Of a stretch of 5,219 nt of DNA, positions 1-5,219 are shown one piece after another; the first letter of the stretch is position 1; each line of letters begins with the position of its first letter. A program made the position numbers and the translations under genes. The stretch is taken from the NCBI GenBank assembly GCA_054661495.1, contig BAAFSQ010000493.1, forward strand, positions 1 to 5,219, given 5' to 3'. The notes under the pieces are model-generated. The model was not told where the DNA came from, ran no database searches, and worked only from the letters and a program-made list of their open reading frames with translations. This DNA is from Zygophlyctis sp. KS116 (Eukaryota; Fungi; Chytridiomycota).

Positions 1-81
1 GAAGAACTAGGAATTTATTACTTGTTTTTCTTAATTTGGACTTGGATCTAGGATATCGGAAAGTGGACTTTTCGACATAAT

Positions 82-354
82 CAGAAATTATAAGGATACT
101 CAAAGCTAAAAGTTGATTACTTAAAACTAGATAATCTGATTATTAAAGAAAAACAAATAAAGTTTCATTCCATTTATAGGTCCCTTTGAGTTTCAAGGAG
201 CTAATGCGAGACTGATTCAATAATCCAGATTGTATAAGGTAATTGATTAAAAAAGATAGAAAATATAGACTACATCTCCCATACGTTAAGTACGAGTTGG
301 AAGTTCATCTAATATACTAAGGTTGAGGTTACCAAAGGAGAGCTAAACGTAACA
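82..354 (-). repeat. 3' LTR (273 bp, apparently missing the terminal 12 bp of U5)
   Basis: Exact direct repeat of 4645-4917; begins TGTTACG right after the purine tract; homology stops at 82 without a CA terminus. Confidence 0.93.
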
Positions 355-3300
355 CTATGCTCCCTCCCAAGGTGAGTGGTTAACGAAGCTCCTGCAGCCC
401 TGAGCTCGATGTCAGAATAATTTGAATTTGGGGTTTCAGTCATCTGTGAACGCGTCGTGCCGTCGTAGAAAAAATCAGCATTGTCTGAAGTAGTCGAAAG
501 CCAAGGTGCTAAATCTCTCTGATTAACTGTAGACTGCAAGACATCACCAAGAGGAGACATTACCCAATAGGTTCCTGGATGACCAAGGCGAACAATATGG
601 TAAGGTCCCTTCCATTTGAACTCAAATTTAGTCTTTCCGTAGTGTTTAAGTTTGACCATGTCTCCTTCGGAAAAGTAATGATCTTCAAAATTTTCAGGAT
701 TACTTTGGCGCATTTTTTCTGCTTGAAGCAAAGTGCGATGATATGCTGCAGCACGGTGGTCTCCTAAAGAATCAAGAGTGCGAGCAGTAAAAATCCTTCT
801 AAATTCATCCTGTTCTAATTCATCGATTGGACGCATTGTGCTTGGCGGCGGTTTTGGATCAATTGGCAGTCGAGGATCCACACCGTATATCAAAAAGAAG
901 GGAGAATAGCCGGTGACTGAATGTGTTCTCACCCTGATAGAGAAGATAGTTTCAGCTAGAAATTCATCCCATCTCTTAGGATGAGCATCTGTCAGCGTAG
1001 TTATTGAATGACCAACCATGGCATGCATTCGCTCCACCATGCCATTGGTTTGGGGATGATACGGGGTTGAAGCATAGTGATTTATCTGTTGTCGTTTTTC
1101 ATATTCGCGGACTGCGTCTGATAAGAATGATTTTCCTCGGTCTGTTATGAATTCAAGCGGAGAGCCGTAATTCATTACTATAGAATGATAAATGAAGTCG
1201 AGAACTGCCTCTTGGGTCATTTCAGGGACTGACTTAGCAACTACCCACCGTGTTCCATAGTCAATGGCTGTTATGATGTGTCTATTTCCGTTTGAAGTTT
1301 CAGGCAAGTTTTGGATGAAATCCAAACCCCAACGTACAAATGGGAGAGCCACAGGAGGTAGTGGGCGAGAAGGAAGAGTCATTTCTCTAGCCTTTGAAGC
1401 CGGTAAGCTTTTATTTAACTGACATTGGGGACACGATGCAATGAAAGACTTAAGATCCTTTTCCAAATCAGGCCACCAGTAATGTCTTTCAATTAAACTA
1501 ATTATAGATTTTGAAGCCAAATGGCCAAGTGATTTGTGATAACGTCTTAGAATGACGTTTCTCTCTGCCTCCAAAGGAACATATAGTCGATTTCTCAATC
1601 CATCCTTAAAATATAAAATGTTTTGATCAATAACAAAGTTTTTGAGTTCCTTAGCCAGTCCCTCTATTTGATCTTGATTGAGATCAGACGGCCATTTATC
1701 ATTTTCCAAGAATTGCCAGATCTTTTCAGGCCAATCAGGAACTAATGAGACCGCGTTTACACACCATTTTGAGCCTGGAAGTACCACAAGTGGATCGGAT
1801 TTCATACTGGTAGAAGTTGAGCGTGTCAATGCATCGGCCACTCGATTAGAATTACCAGAGACGTGTGCAATTTCGAAGGGGAATTGTGAAAGAAATTCCG
1901 CCCAACGTGCATGTCTAGGATTAAGCGCCTGTGGAGATTTGAAATAAAGCAAATTCTTGTGGTCAGTAAAGATCTTTGTGGGTTCAACAGGAGTGATCAG
2001 ATAGTGACGCCAGTGTTTAAGAGATTCGATGATGGCTAACAACTCCTTATCGTAAACAGAATAGTTTTTTTCAGCAGATATGAATTTTCTTGAGTAAAAC
2101 GCTACAGGTCGGAGCTGCCCGGAGTCGTCAGTTTGAGATAGAACTGATCCCAACGTATGATCAGAGGCATCTGATGATAAAGAGAACGGTTTGCTGAAGT
2201 CCGGATAGCTTAGAGTTACTTGCTTTGACAAAATTTCTTTTAGATTAGTAAACGCTGTGTCAGCTGAATCATTCCAGACAAAGAGTTTTTTTCCAGTCAG
2301 GTCGGTTAGAGGACAAGACTTTTCAGAATAATTGGGGATAAAATTCCTATAGAAATTTGTTAGTCCAAGAAATGATCGCAACTCTCGCATGTTGGTCGGC
2401 TGTGGGAATTCATCAATAGCTTTAGTTTTTTCTGAATCCATTGAAATACCTTGATCCGAAAGTACGAAACCCAGAAAGTCTACAGAAGTGGAGTGGAAAA
2501 TGCATTTTGAAGTTTTAACGAATAAACTATTGTCCTTTAGTCTTCTGAGCACTTCTTTAACATGAGTTCTGTGCAACAATATATCTTTAGAATAGATTAA
2601 AATATCATCTAAGTAGACAAGTACATAGTTGTCTATGATATCACCAAAGATTGATCCCATGAACCGTTGAAAAACTGAGGGGGCGTTGGTTAGACCAAAT
2701 TGCATTACTAGAGGTTCGAATTGTCCTTCTCGACATCTAAAGGCAGCCTTGTATTCATCCCCAGATTTAATTCGTACGAGATTGTATGCTCCATGTAAGT
2801 CCAGTTTCGTGAAGATTCGAGCCTTCGATAGTTGATCCAAAAGTTGAGTAATCAGAGGAAGAGGGTGACTGTCAAGGATAGTATTCTTGTTGAGATCCCG
2901 GTAATCGATACAAGGCCTTAGTGAACCATCTTTCTTAGGGACGAAGAAGATAGGAGCGGCATAAGGAGACTTAGAAATCCTAATAAATTTCTTCACCAAA
3001 TTGTCTTGAATCCAGTCTTTGAGTTCTTTTTGTTCCTTGAGCGATAGCTGAGAGATAGGTGAATTCTTCGGAGAGAGGTTTGGATCCTTCAGTTTGATTT
3101 CCATATCAAACGGACGAGAAGGTGGAAGAGAAGACCCAGAAGGAGGGCCGAAAACAGAAGAGAATTCACTGTATTCTGAAGGAACACAAAGAGGGAGAGC
3201 CCGTTGAGTAACCGAATGGACAGCTTTCATCGGAAATGTGATGCGCCGGGAGGTCCAGTCGATATCAGGTAGAGCAGATTGAATCCAAGGGAGGCCGAGG

Positions 3301-3590
3301 ATGCATGAAAATTGAGACTTCATGACTAATAAATCGCTAGCTGTTATTGAGCGTGATCCATTTGAGTCCAATGAAGTTATTTCCACACCAGAGATCTTAC
3401 CAATAGCCAAAGCAGGAGATCCGTCAGCTAAAGATAGAGGAAGAGAGCAGGCAGAAGTTTTAAGTCCGTTGAGTTCTGCTACAGACTGATCCAAGAAGTT
3501 TGCAGACGCCCCTGAATCAATAAGAGCGTCGACTTCTATCTCTTTACCTTGGATCAGCAAAGAGACAGGTAATAACAGCGGTTCGGCTAG
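309..3590 (-). CDS. pol: Pol polyprotein (protease, reverse transcriptase, RNase H, integrase), in frame with gag behind a single TGA
   Basis: The frame is open from the codon after the gag TGA (CTA GCC GAA CCG CTG TTA TTA CCT GTC TCT TTG...). LIDSGA protease site (DSG 3510-3518); RT KKDGSLRPCIDYR, KLDL, FGLTNAP, YLDD (2604-2615); RNase H DAS (D 2169-2171), KELLAI, TDHKNL, ADALTR; integrase HHCC, D,D35E and GPY. The ORF-track start at 3560 is a TTG, not an ATG. Confidence 0.96.
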   Translation of the reverse strand, partial: LAEPLLLPVSLLIQGKEIEVDALIDSGASANFLDQSVAELNGLKTSACSLPLSLADGSPALAIGKISGVEITSLDSNGSRSITASDLLVMKSQFSCILGLPWIQSALPDIDWTSRRITFPMKAVHSVTQRALPLCVPSEYSEFSSVFGPPSGSSLPPSRPFDMEIKLKDPNLSPKNSPISQLSLKEQKELKDWIQDNLVKKFIRISKSPYAAPIFFVPKKDGSLRPCIDYRDLNKNTILDSHPLPLITQLLDQLSKARIFTKLDLHGAYNLVRIKSGDEYKAAFRCREGQFEPLVMQFGLTNAPSVFQRFMGSIFGDIIDNYVLVYLDDILIYSKDILLHRTHVKEVLRRLKDNSLFVKTSKCIFHSTSVDFLGFVLSDQGISMDSEKTKAIDEFPQPTNMRELRSFLGLTNFYRNFIPNYSEKSCPLTDLTGKKLFVWNDSADTAFTNLKEILSKQVTLSYPDFSKPFSLSSDASDHTLGSVLSQTDDSGQLRPVAFYSRKFISAEKNYSVYDKELLAIIESLKHWRHYLITPVEPTKIFTDHKNLLYFKSPQALNPRHARWAEFLSQFPFEIAHVSGNSNRVADALTRSTSTSMKSDPLVVLPGSKWCVNAVSLVPDWPEKIWQFLENDKWPSDLNQDQIEGLAKELKNFVIDQNILYFKDGLRNRLYVPLEAERNVILRRYHKSLGHLASKSIISLIERHYWWPDLEKDLKSFIASCPQCQLNKSLPASKAREMTLPSRPLPPVALPFVRWGLDFIQNLPETSNGNRHIITAIDYGTRWVVAKSVPEMTQEAVLDFIYHSIVMNYGSPLEFITDRGKSFLSDAVREYEKRQQINHYASTPYHPQTNGMVERMHAMVGHSITTLTDAHPKRWDEFLAETIFSIRVRTHSVTGYSPFFLIYGVDPRLPIDPKPPPSTMRPIDELEQDEFRRIFTARTLDSLGDHRAAAYHRTLLQAEKMRQSNPENFEDHYFSEGDMVKLKHYGKTKFEFKWKGPYHIVRLGHPGTYWVMSPLGDVLQSTVNQRDLAPWLSTTSDNADFFYDGTTRSQMTETPNSNYSDIELRAAGASLTTHLGREHSVTFSSPLVTSTLVY
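355..368 (-). promoter_or_regulatory. Polypurine tract (GGGAGGGAGcatag) immediately before the 3' LTR
   Basis: Purine run GGGAGGGAG (368-360) ends 5 nt before the TG start of the 3' LTR; it lies within the pol coding sequence. Confidence 0.8.
560..1541 (-). other. Integrase: HHCC zinc domain, DDE core, GPY/F module (approximate limits)
   Basis: YHKSLGH (1521-1541) and CPQC (1422-1433); WGLDF (~1318-1331); TDRG D at 1140-1142 and VER E at 1032-1034 give D-35-E spacing; WKGPY (GPY 600-608). Confidence 0.93.
1821..2190 (-). other. Ty3-type RNase H domain (approximate limits)
   Basis: SDASD...GSVL...PVAFYSRKF...NYSVYDKELLAI...FTDHKNL...NRVADALTR, with all four acidic catalytic residues present. 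Confidence 0.93.
2460..3070 (-). other. Reverse transcriptase domain (approximate limits)
   Basis: SPYAAPIFFVPKKDGSLRPCIDYRDLN...FTKLDLHGAYNLVRI...FGLTNAPSVFQ...YLDDILIYS...KCIF...FLG. Confidence 0.95.
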
Positions 3591-3596
3591 TCATTG
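3587..3596 (-). promoter_or_regulatory. Putative stop-codon readthrough signal CAA-UGA-CUAG at the gag/pol junction
   Basis: Only in-frame stop between 4607 and the terminal TAG at 309-311; 3' context CUAG equals the established UGA-CUA(G) readthrough motif. Confidence 0.8.
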
Positions 3597-4607
3597 CTGC
3601 GATTCCGAAGAATCACTAGCAAGAGCCGCTGCTACAGATTTAGAAGCCGTATAACCTTTTTGTTTCTTGGCCGGACAATCTAGATTAGTATGTCCCGATT
3701 GACCGCAATAAAGACATAGATTTTCTTTTATTCTCCTCTCCCTTTCTTCTTTAGATATATGCCAATTTCGTTTCTTAGAGTCTCTTTTGAAGGTCGTTGG
3801 AGAAAATGTTGAAGCAACAGTAGTCCTAGAATGAGATGCACCAGACATTGGAGACAAGTGAGGAGATCCACGATCAGCCACTTCCATCTGTCTATCAAAT
3901 AAACGAGTATCGATTCTGATAGAAAATCCCATGAGAGACTCCAAATCCACAGATTCCTCCAAAGTAGAAGCCAAAATATCCTTAACCTGGTTAGAGAGAC
4001 CATTCCTGAATATTGCCATTAATGCCTCGTCGTTGAATCCAGTATCAGTCATGAGAGATCTGAATTTGACAGAGTAATTCAACACAGAGCCAGAACCTTG
4101 TTGAAGTCGTTTCAGATGCATTTGGGCCTTCATCTTTGCATTCGGATCTGAGAACAATCGCTTAAATTCCAGCATGAACGCTTCATAGTCTTTCAGTAGA
4201 GGAGAATTAGTCCGGATGAGTGTACTAAACCACGTGAGAGCCTGTTTCGATAGAAAAGTGCCAATGGATCGGACCTTGACCTCCTCATTGATGTAAACCG
4301 AAGCCTTCAAGACAAAGAAGTTGGTAAGTGAAGAGCAGAAGACGTCATACCCGGCTGGATTGCCATCATATTTTTCCGGAGTTACCACCTTAAGTTTATC
4401 CGAAGGGAAGGAAGTTATAGCAGTTGAGGATTCGGCTGATCTTGAACCTTCAGTCTCAGCTCGAAGTTCGATCTGCGCCACCCGGTCTTCAAAGAGATCA
4501 ACCGTCCGGGAAGTTTGAACTTCCATAGCTTGAACTTGAGCCTGAAGAGTCCGAATGACTTGCTCTAACTCAGCGATTTTTTTACTTGTTGTTGTTTCGG
4601 GTGCCAT
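3591..4607 (-). CDS. gag: Gag (338 aa): N-terminal coiled coil, retrotransposon capsid (sushi/PEG10/RTL1-like), CCHC zinc knuckle
   Basis: ATG in good context (GTAATGG); heptad-like IAELEQVIRTLQAQVQAM; PEKYDG, ALTWF, LQQGSGSVLNYSVKFRSL and FRNGL capsid motifs; EERERRIKENL-CLYCGQSGHTNLDC (CX2CX4HX4C, 3675-3716). Confidence 0.95.
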   Translation of the reverse strand: MAPETTTSKKIAELEQVIRTLQAQVQAMEVQTSRTVDLFEDRVAQIELRAETEGSRSAESSTAITSFPSDKLKVVTPEKYDGNPAGYDVFCSSLTNFFVLKASVYINEEVKVRSIGTFLSKQALTWFSTLIRTNSPLLKDYEAFMLEFKRLFSDPNAKMKAQMHLKRLQQGSGSVLNYSVKFRSLMTDTGFNDEALMAIFRNGLSNQVKDILASTLEESVDLESLMGFSIRIDTRLFDRQMEVADRGSPHLSPMSGASHSRTTVASTFSPTTFKRDSKKRNWHISKEERERRIKENLCLYCGQSGHTNLDCPAKKQKGYTASKSVAAALASDSSESQQ

Positions 4608-4612
4608 TACTT

Positions 4613-4629
4613 TTTAATAATCAGATTAT
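4613..4629 (-). promoter_or_regulatory. Putative self-priming PBS (ATAATCTGATTATTAAA)
   Basis: Lies 3 nt after the inferred LTR CA end; no TGG tRNA-type PBS is present; 17/17 reverse complement of LTR 4694-4710. Confidence 0.8.
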
Positions 4630-4693
4630 ACTTGTTGTGAATAGCAGAAATTATAAGGATACTCAAAGCTAAAAGTTGATTACTTAAAACTAG

Positions 4694-4710
4694 ATAATCT
4701 GATTATTAAA
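4694..4710 (-). promoter_or_regulatory. Putative transcript 5' end / self-primer (TTTAATAATCAGATTAT); copy in the 3' LTR at 131-147
   Basis: Complementary to 4613-4629; begins 31 nt downstream of the first T of the TATAAA box. Confidence 0.72.
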
Positions 4711-4735
4711 GAAAAACAAATAAAGTTTCATTCCA

Positions 4736-4741
4736 TTTATA
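4736..4741 (-). promoter_or_regulatory. TATA box of the LTR promoter (CCTATAAATG); copy at 173-178
   Basis: TATAAA on the sense strand at about -30 relative to the predicted self-primer start. Confidence 0.65.
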
Positions 4742-4921
4742 GGTCCCTTTGAGTTTCAAGGAGCTAATGCGAGACTGATTCAATAATCCAGATTGTATAA
4801 GGTAATTGATTAAAAAAGATAGAAAATATAGACTACATCTCCCATACGTTAAGTACGAGTTGGAAGTTCATCTAATATACTAAGGTTGAGGTTACCAAAG
4901 GAGAGCTAAACGTAACATATT

Positions 4922-5102
4922 TGTTAAAACACGAGTTGTTCATAACGTGTTCTGGACTTATCTCTGATTCAAAAGATCGATCTGATCGAAAAGAACCTCT
5001 CTAATTATAGATCATGGATATTTAAGCAAGATTTATTTATAGTTTATCACTGAAAATAAATCAGGAATACTTTTAACGACTTTATCGACTTGAGAAATAA
5101 CA
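4922..5102 (+). mobile_element. Probable 5' LTR (181 bp) of a second, unrelated LTR retrotransposon continuing beyond the window
   Basis: TGTTA...TAACA terminal inverted repeat; TATA-like TATTTAA (5019-5025); AATAAA (5055-5060); followed after 2 nt by TGGTAGC and then an ATG-initiated ORF. The partner LTR is not in the window. Confidence 0.6.
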
Positions 5103-5104
5103 TC

Positions 5105-5111
5105 TGGTAGC
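5105..5111 (+). promoter_or_regulatory. Putative tRNA PBS (TGGTAGC), complementary to the GCUACCA 3' end of many initiator tRNA-Met
   Basis: CA-tc-TGG spacing is canonical for an LTR/PBS junction; yeast Ty1/Ty3 PBSs also begin TGGTAGC. Confidence 0.6.
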
Positions 5112-5117
5112 TTGGAA

Positions 5118-5219
5118 ATGAACAACGATATGAATGAAGATCTGATCAATAAACTGGTAACAACTCAAAATGAGTTGATGGCTGCTGCTACTCGACAACA
5201 TGCGGCGTTGGAAGATCAA
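5118..5219 (+). CDS. 5' fragment of an ORF (MNNDMNEDLINKLVTTQNELMAAATRQHAALEDQ...), possibly gag of the second element
   Basis: 34 open codons to the window edge, starting 6 nt after the putative PBS core; amphipathic helical character; no diagnostic motif visible. Confidence 0.45.
   Translation, partial: MNNDMNEDLINKLVTTQNELMAAATRQHAALEDQ

Larger units (their letters stand above)
82..4917 (-). mobile_element. Near full-length Ty3/gypsy (Metaviridae) LTR retrotransposon, Tf1/sushi-like, ~4.84 kb
   Basis: Direct repeats 82-354 and 4645-4917 flank gag and pol; pol domain order PR-RT-RH-IN is diagnostic of Ty3/gypsy; PPT upstream of the 3' LTR; PBS-position element downstream of the 5' LTR. 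Confidence 0.97.
4633..4917 (-). repeat. 5' LTR (~285 bp; minus strand TGTTACG...CACAACA)
   Basis: 4645-4917 matches 82-354 with no mismatch found by eye (offset 4563). Starts TG at 4917. The nearest canonical CA end, giving a TGTT/AACA terminal inverted repeat, is at 4633, 3 nt before the putative PBS; this end is inferred. Confidence 0.9.

Noticed and set aside
66-76. GACTTTTCGAC resembles GACTTTATCGAC (5078-5089) in the second LTR
   Set aside because: The similarity does not extend convincingly on either side, so it is not evidence that the flanks are related.
560-767. Small ORFs 560-754 (-) and 579-767 (+)
   Set aside because: Alternate-frame or antisense shadows of integrase with no recognisable motifs.
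1678-1947. 89-aa antisense ORF
   Set aside because: Antisense to the RNase H/linker region; length expected by chance; no motifs.
3558-3560. Independent pol start at 3560 as given by the ORF track
   Set aside because: The codon is TTG, the element is eukaryotic, and the frame stays open upstream to the gag TGA.
3591-3593. Alternative genetic code (UGA=Trp) or selenocysteine
   Set aside because: It is the only in-frame UGA in more than 1400 codons despite many Trp residues, and it lies at a domain boundary in a known readthrough context.
3540-3620. Ribosomal frameshift site between gag and pol
   Set aside because: The ORFs are in the same frame and do not overlap; no X XXY YYZ heptamer or Ty3-type GCG-AGU-U site is seen.
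3728-4518. ORFs 3728-4003 (-, Leu/Trp-rich) and 4321-4518 (+)
   Set aside because: Both overlap gag; the hydrophobic composition is explained by off-frame reading of gag codons; there is no evidence for env or an accessory gene.
4918-4922. Perfect target-site duplication
   Set aside because: The right flank TATTT does not match the left flank ATAAT; the 4-bp comparison (TATT vs TAAT) has a mismatch and the left LTR end is incomplete.
4928-4990. Short inverted repeat AACACG/CGTGTT and palindrome AGATCGATCT (4974-4983) with clustered GATC
   Set aside because: Too short to distinguish from chance, and no function can be supported.
1-5219. Prokaryotic RT system (retron, DGR, group II intron, CRISPR-RT) or retrovirus
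   Set aside because: LTRs, gag, aspartic protease and DDE integrase define a Ty3/gypsy element; there is no env and no repeat-spacer array.

Overview
Most of the window (82-4917, minus strand) is a compact, apparently intact and very young eukaryotic Ty3/gypsy (Metaviridae) LTR retrotransposon. It has two LTR copies identical over 273 bp, a sushi/PEG10-like gag with a CCHC knuckle, and a pol in PR-RT-RNaseH-IN order. Three things are unusual. (1) gag and pol are in the same frame, separated by a single stop in the context CAA-UGA-CUAG, a known readthrough motif, and surrounded by predicted RNA hairpins; Gag-Pol (1432 aa) is probably made by stop-codon readthrough rather than frameshifting. 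(2) There is no tRNA primer-binding site; instead a 17-nt sequence just after the 5' LTR is the perfect complement of an LTR segment about 30 nt downstream of a TATA box, the signature of Tf1-type self-priming. (3) The RT and gag look chromovirus-like, but the integrase has non-chromovirus motifs, lacks a chromodomain and reads into the 3' LTR. The 3' LTR lacks its last 12 bp and there is no clean target-site duplication. Only 4 bp beyond the 5' LTR, a second, unrelated, divergently oriented LTR element appears to begin (TGTTA...TAACA LTR, TGGTAGC tRNA-iMet-type PBS, ORF running off the window). A fungal host is plausible but is inference only. All alignments and folds were done by eye.
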